This document shows positions 9,776 through 18,797 of a stretch of DNA of 64,000 bases, in pieces. Numbering within the stretch: the stretch's first letter is position 1; each line of letters opens with the position of its first letter. The translations under genes and the position numbers were made by a program. Source of the stretch: Fumia sp. (GTDB lineage Bacteria; Bacillota; Clostridia; Oscillospirales; Ruminococcaceae); contig JAZLER010000016.1 in the NCBI GenBank assembly GCA_045615345.1, positions 17,981 through 81,980 on the forward strand, written 5' to 3'. Below the pieces are notes generated by a model. It saw only the letters and a list, made by a program, of their open reading frames with translations, was not told the origin of the DNA and did no database searches.

Positions 9776-10708
9776 ATGATTTCATGTACAGAATTTATAC
9801 CTGCTTACAGTGAACTTTTTACCTACCTTGATAAGAATTACGGCAGAGCAGAAGTCGATGCTTTCTGGGAATATTTATTCACTCCCGATGGTGCAGGAAT
9901 TCCTCTTATAAACTTTCTTAACAAAGAAGGAATTAAAGGTTGCTACACCTACTGGTCACATTCTTTAAACGAAGAAGCCGCTGACTTTTCAATGTACTTA
10001 AACGAAGCTGACGGCTGGTTTAAAATCAATATGCATCGTTGCCCGTCTAAAGGAAGACTTCTGGATTTGCAGAAAGAAATAGGTATCACCCCCTATCCCG
10101 ACTATTGTCTGCACTGTGACCATTACAGAGAGTCGGTTGAAAAGATAGGCCTTGAGTATATCTATGATTTCACGAGTACAGATAAGGCATCCTGCTCGAT
10201 TTTAATCTATGACCCCGTAAAATTCCCCAAAAAACTCACTGTAAACGAAAATACTTTACAGATGCACCGAAACGCTTCCGACAACGAATATTTCCATAAG
10301 GACTTTCATAGTAGCCTTAATAACGGCATTAACTATTTAGGCGAAAAGTACGGAGAAAAGGTGCTTTGTGACTATCTTCGCACATACACAAAAAATGTTT
10401 ACAACAAGGTTATCGAAGACATTAAAACAAACGGTGTAAAGGCAATTACAAGCCTTATTACAAAAACTTACGAAAACGAAAAAGCTTCCGATGTTTTAAA
10501 GATAACCGAAGAAAACGACAAAACAGTAGTCGAAATCGACTATTGCCCTGCTGTGAAACATCTTCACGACACTAAAAGAACAGTTACAAAATGGTTTTCT
10601 TACAGTACAACTGTTGTAATGGAAACCTTGGCAAAATATGCAAATCTTAAATTTGTGTTGGAATCTTATGATGAAAACACGGGTAAAGCAAAATATTATT
10701 TTTCATAG
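9776..10708 (+). CDS. Hypothetical protein with two tandem V4R/ATC-hydrolase-like domains
   Basis: Internal duplication (YLDKNYG...HRCPS vs YLGEKYG...DYCPA); first repeat has CP...YCxHC...C. Confidence 0.6.
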   Translation: MISCTEFIPAYSELFTYLDKNYGRAEVDAFWEYLFTPDGAGIPLINFLNKEGIKGCYTYWSHSLNEEAADFSMYLNEADGWFKINMHRCPSKGRLLDLQKEIGITPYPDYCLHCDHYRESVEKIGLEYIYDFTSTDKASCSILIYDPVKFPKKLTVNENTLQMHRNASDNEYFHKDFHSSLNNGINYLGEKYGEKVLCDYLRTYTKNVYNKVIEDIKTNGVKAITSLITKTYENEKASDVLKITEENDKTVVEIDYCPAVKHLHDTKRTVTKWFSYSTTVVMETLAKYANLKFVLESYDENTGKAKYYFS

Positions 10709-10718
10709 GAGGAAAATT

Positions 10719-11393
10719 ATGGAATACTATCTCGACACCGCTGACCTTGTGTCAATTAAACACTGTAACGAATTTTATCCCCTTGCGGGCGTTACAACAA
10801 ACCCATCAATCATCGCAAAGGAAAAGACAGATTTCTGGAAACACATCAAAGAAATCAGAAACATCATCGGTCCTGATAAGCTTTTGTTTGCACAGACCGT
10901 TCAAACCGAAGCTTCAAAAATCGTTGAAGAAGCAGTTCTGATGAACGAAAAATCAGGCGGAGATTTCTGTGTTAAAATCCCGATTAACGAAGAAGGCTTG
11001 AAAGCTACAATGGAGCTTAAAAAGAAAGGCGTTAAAGTTTTAATGACCGCAATCTTCACCCCTGCTCAGGCTTTAATCGCCGCAAAAGCAGGAGCTGACT
11101 ATGTTGCTCCCTATGTAAACCGCCTTGACAACATCTTAGGTGATGGATGCGGGGTTGTGGCAGAGATTGCTGAGCAGTTTGCAATTTACGACCTTCCCTG
11201 TAAAGTACTTGCCGCAAGTTTTAAAAACGCAGAACAGGTTCACAAATGTGCCCTTTCCGGTTGCCAGTGCGTGACAGTTACCGAAGATGTTTTAAAAGCT
11301 GTTATCACACATCCTATGACAGATGCTGCAATTGCCGGCTTCGAAAAAGACTGGACAGGCGTATACGGTGACAAAACAATTTTGGATTTCTAA
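10719..11393 (+). CDS. fsa: Fructose-6-phosphate-aldolase-type member of the transaldolase family
   Basis: LDTAD, TTNPSI, FAQT (Gln), VKIP, YVAPY (Tyr) = FSA rather than transaldolase signature; AGGAGG SD. Confidence 0.85.
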   Translation: MEYYLDTADLVSIKHCNEFYPLAGVTTNPSIIAKEKTDFWKHIKEIRNIIGPDKLLFAQTVQTEASKIVEEAVLMNEKSGGDFCVKIPINEEGLKATMELKKKGVKVLMTAIFTPAQALIAAKAGADYVAPYVNRLDNILGDGCGVVAEIAEQFAIYDLPCKVLAASFKNAEQVHKCALSGCQCVTVTEDVLKAVITHPMTDAAIAGFEKDWTGVYGDKTILDF

Positions 11394-11400
11394 AATATTT

Positions 11401-11435
11401 AAGTTGCTACCCTTTTTGAGGGTAGCAACTTTTTT
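11401..11435 (+). terminator. Intrinsic terminator
   Basis: aagttgctaccct-tttg-agggtagcaactt followed by T run. Confidence 0.85.
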
Positions 11436-11441
11436 ATAAAA

Positions 11442-11470
11442 CAAGCAATTTTATTATTGTAAACAGCATA
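11442..11470 (+). promoter_or_regulatory. Putative AraC-type binding box, copy 1
   Basis: caAGCAattttattattgtaaacAGCAta; AGCA repeated at 21-bp period; similar to 16352-16380 and 15472-15500(-). Confidence 0.55.
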
Positions 11471-11516
11471 TTTTTATGATAATATTGTTGTGAAAACTCA
11501 AAAAGGAGGATATATT

Positions 11517-13715
11517 ATGAAATTTAAAAACAATATTGAACATTTTGCGAATGGATTTCTTTCTGCAGAATATGACGACCTTGAATACAAAATTGCATCA
11601 GGATTTTTAAGTCTTGCCAAAAATGATACTATCCACCTTTCAGAAGATGCTTTCTTTGCAGGTGAAAGTATGATAGGTGCTTCATGGCGCGAAGGACCTA
11701 ATGCCGTACATTATTCTTACGGCAACACCCTTATGGTTAACCGCGATTTAATTAAGAAAAACCTTGAAGAAAACCCTGAATTTTTCGATGAACTTACTGA
11801 AATATACAACTATTTTGAAGATAAGGACATCTATGAAAAGGTGCTGGGCTACCAGGATGAAGAGGCAAAAAATATCGAAAACTTCCGTGTCGGATGGGGT
11901 GGCGGACAGCAAGGCTGGACAGGTGGTCACTGTAACATCAACTACAGCCTTATAGTAAAATGCGGAACTGTGGGCTTAAGAAAGAAAATCAACGAATATA
12001 AAGAGATTAACAAAGGCAAAGAAACATTTTACGATGCCCTTTTGCTTTCACTTGATGCTTTGGAAGTGTATGCCAAAAGATATCGTTCACTTGCCCTTGA
12101 ACAGGCCGATAAAACATCCGATGAAGGCTATAAAAAACGTCTTTTAAGAATAGCCGATACTCTTGATAAAGTACCGAAAGAACCTGCTTCTGACTTCTAT
12201 GAAGCTTGTCAATCATTCTGGCTTTTCTTTACTTTTGACGGTGTTGACTCCCCGGGACGCTTTGACCAGTATATGATAGAATACTATAGAAAATCCGATA
12301 TTTATGACCGTGAAGAATGTTTGGAGGAACTCTGGAAACTCTTCCACGAAGTAAGAGCATGGAACCTTTGTATTTCGGGTACCGATGAAAACTGGAACGA
12401 CCAGACCAACGAGCTTTCTTACGATATTTTAAAGACAGCAAGAAAATACAAATTCAATACGCCCAACATCACTATGCGTGTTTCAAAGAATACACCTGAA
12501 GATTTATGGGAAAGTGCGGTAAAAACTATTGCAACTGGAATCGGTATGCCCGCACTCTATAACGATGAATGCGTATGCCCTGCTCTTGAAAATTTTGGAA
12601 TTACATCTGTCGATGCCCATAATTACTGTATGAACGGTTGCAATCAGATTGATATTTTCGGAAAAAGTCATATGGGACTTGAAGATGGTGAAGTTTGCCT
12701 TGCAAAATGCCTTGAACTCGTTTTACACGAAGGCGTTGACCAGATAACAGGTAAAAAACTCATCCCCTCTCAGGGAAATCCCGAAACCTTTGATACATAC
12801 GAAAAGCTTTTTGAAGCTTACAAAAAGCAAGTTGAGTTCGTAACCGACAAAGTTACCGAAATGGCATATATTACCCAGAAATTCTGTGGTGAATATGCCC
12901 CCAACCCTATCCGTTCAATTTTCGTTGAAGGTTGTATTGAAAAAGGTCTTGACTACAAAAACAAAGGGCCCATCTACGGACACGCACAGATTTTAGCTGA
13001 AGGTATAGCTGACACCGTTGACTCACTTGCCGCCCTTAAGCATTTTGTTTACGATACCAAAAAGTACACTTTAAAAGAAATCATCACAGCGATGAAAAAT
13101 AATTTCAACGGCTATGATGAATTAAGACACGACCTTTTAAGCTTTGACAAATTCGGTAATGACTGTAAGTATGTAGATGATATCTACAAAGAGGTCACCG
13201 AGCATTTTAACAAATACTTAAATACCATTGAAACTTTCCGTGGTGGTATTTTTGTCGGTGGTTGTTCTACTTTCAACCGTGCTTCCGTTTACGGGAGAAT
13301 GCTCGGAGCTATGCCAAACGGAAGACTTCAGGGCGAAGATGCATTTGCTGACAGTATCGGCGCTGTACCCGGTAAGGACAAAAAAGGTCCTACAGCACTT
13401 ATAAAATCTGTTCTTTATGCAGATCAGACACTCACAGGAAGCGGTAATGTTCTGCAGATGAAGTTCCAGAAAAGACTATTTGGCGAAGAAAAAGGAATAA
13501 CTGCATTCAAAAGTCTTGCAAAGACTTATTTTGCAGGTGGCGGACAGCAGTTATCTATCAATGTACTTTCGAGAGAAGATTTGCTTGAAGCAAAACTTCA
13601 TCCTGAAAAATACCAAAACCTTGTTGTCAGGGTCGGTGGTTACAGTGACTATTTCAACAACCTTTCCCCCGGACTTCAGGATAACATCATCGCAAGAACA
13701 GAATTAGGAATATAA
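11517..13715 (+). CDS. Glycyl radical enzyme (PFL superfamily) of unknown function
   Basis: GRFDQY, P.L.ND, CMNGCNQ Cys loop, KFGND, GA.PNGR, C-terminal LVVRVGGYS glycyl motif; AGGAGG SD. Confidence 0.92.
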   Translation: MKFKNNIEHFANGFLSAEYDDLEYKIASGFLSLAKNDTIHLSEDAFFAGESMIGASWREGPNAVHYSYGNTLMVNRDLIKKNLEENPEFFDELTEIYNYFEDKDIYEKVLGYQDEEAKNIENFRVGWGGGQQGWTGGHCNINYSLIVKCGTVGLRKKINEYKEINKGKETFYDALLLSLDALEVYAKRYRSLALEQADKTSDEGYKKRLLRIADTLDKVPKEPASDFYEACQSFWLFFTFDGVDSPGRFDQYMIEYYRKSDIYDREECLEELWKLFHEVRAWNLCISGTDENWNDQTNELSYDILKTARKYKFNTPNITMRVSKNTPEDLWESAVKTIATGIGMPALYNDECVCPALENFGITSVDAHNYCMNGCNQIDIFGKSHMGLEDGEVCLAKCLELVLHEGVDQITGKKLIPSQGNPETFDTYEKLFEAYKKQVEFVTDKVTEMAYITQKFCGEYAPNPIRSIFVEGCIEKGLDYKNKGPIYGHAQILAEGIADTVDSLAALKHFVYDTKKYTLKEIITAMKNNFNGYDELRHDLLSFDKFGNDCKYVDDIYKEVTEHFNKYLNTIETFRGGIFVGGCSTFNRASVYGRMLGAMPNGRLQGEDAFADSIGAVPGKDKKGPTALIKSVLYADQTLTGSGNVLQMKFQKRLFGEEKGITAFKSLAKTYFAGGGQQLSINVLSREDLLEAKLHPEKYQNLVVRVGGYSDYFNNLSPGLQDNIIARTELGI

Positions 13716-13717
13716 AC

Positions 13718-13751
13718 AAAGAAATCACATCCATCAGGATGTGATTTCTTT
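13718..13751. terminator. Bidirectional intrinsic terminator
   Basis: aaagaaatcacatcc-atca-ggatgtgatttcttt. Confidence 0.8.
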
Positions 13752-15395
13752 TTTGTTATATTTTCTGTATTCTTCGGGAGATAAGGAAACTTCTGCTATA
13801 AATCTGTCAAGCCCGTAATTGCCTAACACAGTGCTTGCTTTAATGTCAGTAGTAATGAGAAGTTCTTTTATCTTTTTAAGTCTTACATTATCAGAAAACT
13901 CATCATATGTAAATCCTGTGTTCTTTTCAAAGATATGACGAAGATAATAATCGCTTACATCACTTTTCATATCCTCACCATTGTTTATAGAATCTATCAT
14001 AAGGTCTATGAGTTTTTCCTTTTTACCAACAGAAGGTTCAAGCTTTGAAAGTTCAAGGATTTCCACAGCTTTTTTAAGGTTGTCACCCTCTTTTATCTTT
14101 CCGAGAAGCAGATCGATTTTCTTTGCATTTTCCTTTGTCATACTCAGAAAATGGTCAGAATAATAGACAAACAAGTATTCAAGCGTTGTTTCAGCATCAT
14201 AAGATGAAACAGTATCAATGAAAGTTTTAGCAGAGATATAAGGGAATTCGGGATAAAGATTTTCCTTACCCTCATATTTTCCGAGTTTTGAAACTATTCG
14301 TTTTGTAAAGCTTTCGGGGGAAGTAATTTCACCATTTAATATATCGGTTTCATTGATTTTGCTGACAAGGATTTCCCTCGCACATTTTTCGGCAGCTTCA
14401 AGGTTTTCCATATATCCGCCACGTTCTCTGTCATAAATTATGTAGAGGTAGCCGTCATCACCCTCTGCCACATCGGGGTAAGATACATCCTTTCTTTCGT
14501 CAAGCAAAACCCTGTAAGGCCAGGTTTTCCCCTCGTCCTCGGAAAGAAAAGCTGTCAGATTATTCCTGTCATTGAATTCGTGATGGTTTATCATTAAAAG
14601 TCTTCCCGATTTAAGCTTCCTTATATGAAATCTTGCAGAAGGGTTTTTGATATCGGTGAACTCAGCATCTGTCCAGGTTTTTCCTCTGTCGTAAGAATAA
14701 GAACGAGCGATATTTCCCATAGTTCTTATCATCATAACGAGAACACCATTTTCTTTTTCAAAAATTATATGCTCGTCACAGCTTCTGCTCTGGATATTTC
14801 TGCAACCACCAATCATCGAAAAAGTTTTTCCGTTGTCAACTGTAGAGTAAACATTGGCACCGGAAAGATTATCATTGTTGTGAAAAACCTTGTCCATAAA
14901 AAGCTCGGTGTAGGCTCTTTTCTGTTTAAGGGTATCTATAATGTACCAAAAGTTCCAGATTGCAATCGGGAAAAGCCACTCCCCTGTTGATAAAACAACG
15001 GGCTTTTGCATCATTACATTTCTTCCGATATAGAATTCTTCCGACCAGATAAGCTCATCTGCATCGGGGTCTTCACAGATAACGCCGTAAACCCCATCCT
15101 CGTGACCACGCGACCATGTAAACCAGAGTCTTCCAAGTGGGTCAATCCACACTATCGGGTCAAAACAACGGTGCATTTCGCCGTCATAAGTTACGGCAAT
15201 CGGCTCGGTCCAGGTTTTTGCATCGTCATCACTTTTTACTAAAACGCAGTAATTTCCCAAAGTTTCGGAATCTGCACCCGAATAAAATGTAGCAAAAAGC
15301 CTTCCTTTTTTAGTTCGCTCTATTGTGGGAACAAGCTGCCACACTCTGTTATAACTATAAAATCTCTCTAATTCTTTTTTATCGGTAATGAGCAT
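13734..15395 (-). CDS. Cytoplasmic BNR/Asp-box sialidase-like beta-propeller fused to a degenerate AraC-type HTH
   Basis: Asp-boxes SDDDAKTW, STVDNGKTF, SYDRGKTW, SEDEGKTW; SYP, YDRER; C-term SDYYLRHIFEKNTG...RLKKIKELLITTD...SPEEYRK. Confidence 0.8.
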   Translation of the reverse strand: MLITDKKELERFYSYNRVWQLVPTIERTKKGRLFATFYSGADSETLGNYCVLVKSDDDAKTWTEPIAVTYDGEMHRCFDPIVWIDPLGRLWFTWSRGHEDGVYGVICEDPDADELIWSEEFYIGRNVMMQKPVVLSTGEWLFPIAIWNFWYIIDTLKQKRAYTELFMDKVFHNNDNLSGANVYSTVDNGKTFSMIGGCRNIQSRSCDEHIIFEKENGVLVMMIRTMGNIARSYSYDRGKTWTDAEFTDIKNPSARFHIRKLKSGRLLMINHHEFNDRNNLTAFLSEDEGKTWPYRVLLDERKDVSYPDVAEGDDGYLYIIYDRERGGYMENLEAAEKCAREILVSKINETDILNGEITSPESFTKRIVSKLGKYEGKENLYPEFPYISAKTFIDTVSSYDAETTLEYLFVYYSDHFLSMTKENAKKIDLLLGKIKEGDNLKKAVEILELSKLEPSVGKKEKLIDLMIDSINNGEDMKSDVSDYYLRHIFEKNTGFTYDEFSDNVRLKKIKELLITTDIKASTVLGNYGLDRFIAEVSLSPEEYRKYNKKEITS

Positions 15396-15471
15396 AATCT
15401 TTCTCCTTTTTCATTACTTTCCTAAATTATACTATTTCCGGGCTGAAAATAGAGGTGGTAATGTTGCTGAA

Positions 15472-15500
15472 TTTGATAAAGATTATATAAATATTGCTTT
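15472..15500 (-). promoter_or_regulatory. Putative AraC-type binding box, copy 2
   Basis: Minus strand aaAGCAatatttatataatctttATCAaa, upstream of the BNR-AraC fusion gene. Confidence 0.5.
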
Positions 15501-16308
15501 ATTTTTTCCTGTATTCACTCGGTGAGTAACCTGTAGATTCCTTAAATATTTTACTGAAATAGGAAAAATCAGAAAATCCTATTTCATCACAAATCCCGGA
15601 AATCGGCATACGGGTATTAAGAAGAAGCTCCTTTGCAAGCGAAAGCCTTTTTTCTGCAATATATTCAAAAACTGTCATACCGGTGCACTTTTTAAATTTG
15701 TGACAGAGATGGTATTTACTTATACAAACAGCATCACTTATCTCATCAAGTGTCAGTCTGCTTTTAAAATTATCACCAATAAAAGAAAGAAGTTTTGCCA
15801 TCTCCTTATCTTTTACCACTTTGTTTTTATCTTTGCACTCATTCGCGATAAGTAAAATTTTTATAAGGTTGTAAAGTATATTACTTGACAGGTACTCTTT
15901 TCCCGATTTTATCGCATTATTCATATCGGAAAAAGTCTCATCTATCTGTTTTCCATACTCAAATCCGGGAAAGCAAAAAAATCCCCCATCCTTAAAAAGA
16001 GTATCTGTAAGACCCTTTTCGCCAACGGATAAAAGCGCTTGATCCACAAAATCTGCATCGACAACAATCTTTCTTCTTAAGTATTTATCAGGGTCTGCAG
16101 GAGCTGAACAATGTAAACTTGTACCGTTCACAAGATAAAGTGCATCAGGTTCAATCGGAAGCAGTCTGTCATCAATAACAAAAAATCCATCGCCGCTTTT
16201 GACATATATTATCTCATACCCTTTTTTGTGAGAATGCGGAACATTATTTATATAGTTTCTTCCCTGATCCAGGTAATTGAAATCTATAACTTTTCTTAAA
16301 TCTTTCAT
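15499..16308 (-). CDS. AraC-family transcriptional regulator
   Basis: HSH..YEIIYV.SG cupin; LTLDEIS...SKYHLCHKFKK.TG...GFSDFSYFSKIFK...SPSEYR. Confidence 0.95.
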   Translation of the reverse strand: MKDLRKVIDFNYLDQGRNYINNVPHSHKKGYEIIYVKSGDGFFVIDDRLLPIEPDALYLVNGTSLHCSAPADPDKYLRRKIVVDADFVDQALLSVGEKGLTDTLFKDGGFFCFPGFEYGKQIDETFSDMNNAIKSGKEYLSSNILYNLIKILLIANECKDKNKVVKDKEMAKLLSFIGDNFKSRLTLDEISDAVCISKYHLCHKFKKCTGMTVFEYIAEKRLSLAKELLLNTRMPISGICDEIGFSDFSYFSKIFKESTGYSPSEYRKK

Positions 16309-16351
16309 ATATATCCCCTCTTTATTTTGATTATATCATACCTCTGTTTTA

Positions 16352-16380
16352 AAAGCAATATTTTTATAGTGATAAGCAAA
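16352..16380 (+). promoter_or_regulatory. Putative AraC-type binding box, copy 3
   Basis: aaAGCAatatttttatagtgataAGCAaa upstream of the araM-like gene. Confidence 0.55.
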
Positions 16381-16436
16381 AAGATTATAACATTGCCTTT
16401 TCATCGGATGTACAATTTACTAAAGGAGATGAAACT

Positions 16437-17630
16437 ATGCTTGAATTAAAATGCAACTGTTCACAAGGTGGCCACACCGCCCCCGTAAAACACATTGAAG
16501 TTTCACAAGGCGCCATAGAAAAAATCTGTGAAATTTTAAAAGGCTATACTGATATCCTGCTCGTTGCTGATAAAAACACCTACGAGGCTGCCGGAAAGAG
16601 AGTAGAAACTCTTTTAAAAGAAGCAAATATGCTTTCCCACACCTGCATCATCGATGACCCTGCCCTCCCCTCCGATAAAAATGTCGGAAAAGTCCTCATC
16701 GAAGCAGGCCGTGACGATGCAGTTTATGACATCAACAAATTCTCGAATAACCCGAAATACATTCTTGGTGTCGGTTCAGGGTCTGTAAACGACATCTGCC
16801 GTATGGTGAGCTACCGCCTTGGCATCGAATACGGTATTGTGGGCACTGCGCCCTCGATGGATGGGTATGCATCGGTTGTTGCCCCATTGCTTATGGGAAA
16901 CAAAAAAATCATCTACACCTGCAGTATCGCAAGACATATTATTATTGACCTCGATGTGGCAGCGAAAGCCCCATTTGAGCTTTTGCTCGCAGGTATTGGC
17001 GATATGATAGGAAAATATGTAGCTATCCTTGACTGGAGATTATCGCAAAAACTCACAGGTGAATACTATTGCGAAAATGTTGCGAATATGGTTTTAGAAG
17101 CTACAAAAGCTTGTATTGAAGCTGCTCCCGAACTTAAAAACCGCAGTATAGACTGCATCAGAAAAACAGTTGACGGTCTTATCCTTTCGGGACTCGGCAT
17201 AGCGTACACAGGGTCTTCAAGACCTGCATCGGGTACCGAGCATATGGTAGGTCAGACCTGGGAGATTATGGACCTTGAAAAAGGACATATTCCTAATCTT
17301 CACGGCATTGAAGTGGGTGAAGCTACCTTCCTTGCAATACTTATGTACAAAAGGCTTTACAGAGAAACAAAAGAAGTCTGGCTTAAAGAAATGATTGAGC
17401 CATTCTTACCGTCATTTAACAAAATTCTTGATTTACAAAAGAAAATCAATATCCCTTTTACTGTAAAAAGCAAAGAAACTTTCATTGAAGGCATTATTCG
17501 TGGCAGAACATTCAGGGTGAGATACACTCTTTTACAGTATCTTTACGATAACAATATGCTTGAAGATTACGCTGATAAAGTTTTCTACGAATGTATGGAA
17601 TATGCACCCAAGGAGGATAACAATGTTTAA
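16437..17630 (+). CDS. sn-glycerol-1-phosphate dehydrogenase-like protein (AraM/EgsA family)
   Basis: CxC..GH N-term, GSGSVND, TAPSMDGYAS, GDMIGK, SRPASGTEH, LHG..VG. Confidence 0.9.
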   Translation: MLELKCNCSQGGHTAPVKHIEVSQGAIEKICEILKGYTDILLVADKNTYEAAGKRVETLLKEANMLSHTCIIDDPALPSDKNVGKVLIEAGRDDAVYDINKFSNNPKYILGVGSGSVNDICRMVSYRLGIEYGIVGTAPSMDGYASVVAPLLMGNKKIIYTCSIARHIIIDLDVAAKAPFELLLAGIGDMIGKYVAILDWRLSQKLTGEYYCENVANMVLEATKACIEAAPELKNRSIDCIRKTVDGLILSGLGIAYTGSSRPASGTEHMVGQTWEIMDLEKGHIPNLHGIEVGEATFLAILMYKRLYRETKEVWLKEMIEPFLPSFNKILDLQKKINIPFTVKSKETFIEGIIRGRTFRVRYTLLQYLYDNNMLEDYADKVFYECMEYAPKEDNNV

Positions 17631-18408
17631 TTTAAACGGAAAAATTGCACTTGTAACAGGTGCCTCTTACGGCATTGGCTTTGCTATCGCAAAAGGACTT
17701 GCAAATGCAGGGGCAAAAATCGTCTTTAATGATATAAATGAAGAGCTTATGAACAAAGGTCTTGAGGAGTATAAAAAGCTTGGCATTGATGCCAGAGGGT
17801 ATGTCTGCGATGTAACGGATGAAAACGCGGTTAATTGTATGGTGCATAATATCGAAGAAAACATCGGTGTAATCGACATACTTGTCAATAACGCAGGTAT
17901 CATTAAACGTATTCCCATGTGTGAAATGGCTGCAGAAGATTTCAAAAAGGTAATCGATGTAGACCTTACCGCAACTTTCATCGTTTCGAAAGCAGTTATC
18001 CCTTCAATGATTAAAAAAGGGCACGGAAAGATTATCAATATCTGTTCTATGATGAGTGAACTCGGGCGCGAAACTGTTTCAGCCTATGCTGCTGCAAAAG
18101 GCGGACTTAAGATGCTCACAAAAAATATCTGTGCCGAGTACGGCGCTTACAATATTCAGTGTAACGGCATCGGTCCAGGTTATATTGCAACACCACAAAC
18201 GGCCCCTTTAAGAGAGGATTTACCTGATGGAACACCCTCCCCGTTCAACAAATTTATTCTTTCCAAAACTCCTGCAAACCGCTGGGGTACTCCCGATGAC
18301 CTGACAGGTCCCGCCATCTTCCTGGCATCGGATGCTTCAAACTTTGTAAACGGACAAATTCTTTATGTTGACGGAGGAATTTTGGCATATATCGGAAAAC
18401 AACCATAA
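17623..18408 (+). CDS. Gluconate 5-dehydrogenase-like SDR
   Basis: TGASYGIG, NNAGIIKR, ICSMMSELGRETVSAYAAAKGG, GPGYIATPQT. Confidence 0.9.
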   Translation: MFNLNGKIALVTGASYGIGFAIAKGLANAGAKIVFNDINEELMNKGLEEYKKLGIDARGYVCDVTDENAVNCMVHNIEENIGVIDILVNNAGIIKRIPMCEMAAEDFKKVIDVDLTATFIVSKAVIPSMIKKGHGKIINICSMMSELGRETVSAYAAAKGGLKMLTKNICAEYGAYNIQCNGIGPGYIATPQTAPLREDLPDGTPSPFNKFILSKTPANRWGTPDDLTGPAIFLASDASNFVNGQILYVDGGILAYIGKQP

Positions 18409-18438
18409 AAAACGGAGTGACTTATTCACTCCGTTTTT
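18408..18438 (+). terminator. Intrinsic terminator
   Basis: aaaaacggagtga-cttat-tcactccgttttt. Confidence 0.8.
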
Positions 18439-18481
18439 ACATAATAAAGGCTCCCTTTACACAAGGAGGGCTTTTATTTTC

Positions 18482-18682
18482 TCATTTTCTCGTGGGTTTT
18501 ACATTTACATCAGGATTTATACTTCCGTCAATTACCCCGTTTTCTTCTTCAAAAGCCTTAATATTTTCTCTGATCAACACAAGAATATGACTGTTGATAC
18601 TTCTGCCCTCATAATCGGCAATATGTGCAATTTTATCAAGCATTTCTTGTTCAATTCGTATAGATACACTCTTAACAGACAT
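18482..18682 (-). CDS. Small ribbon-helix-helix (Arc-like) DNA-binding protein
   Basis: KSVSIRI...MLDKIAHIADYEGRSINSHILVLIRE; GGAGTGA SD. Confidence 0.85.
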   Translation of the reverse strand: MSVKSVSIRIEQEMLDKIAHIADYEGRSINSHILVLIRENIKAFEEENGVIDGSINPDVNVKPTRK

Positions 18683-18732
18683 AAAATCACTCCAAAATAA
18701 ATATATTATGTATTTATTTTATGAAAATTATG

Positions 18733-18768
18733 TGTTATAATGTTCTAAATAGATATATAGTATATCTA
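18733..18768 (+). promoter_or_regulatory. Extended -10 promoter and palindromic operator
   Basis: TGtTATAAT (18733-18741) followed by perfect inverted repeat TAGATATA-tag-TATATCTA (18750-18768). Confidence 0.6.
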
Positions 18769-18797
18769 AAATATTTGTGATGTTAGGAGTGAATATT

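Noticed and set aside
11517-13715. Calling the GRE pyruvate formate-lyase (pflB)
   Set aside because: It lacks the adjacent Cys-Cys pair, and no pflA is nearby.
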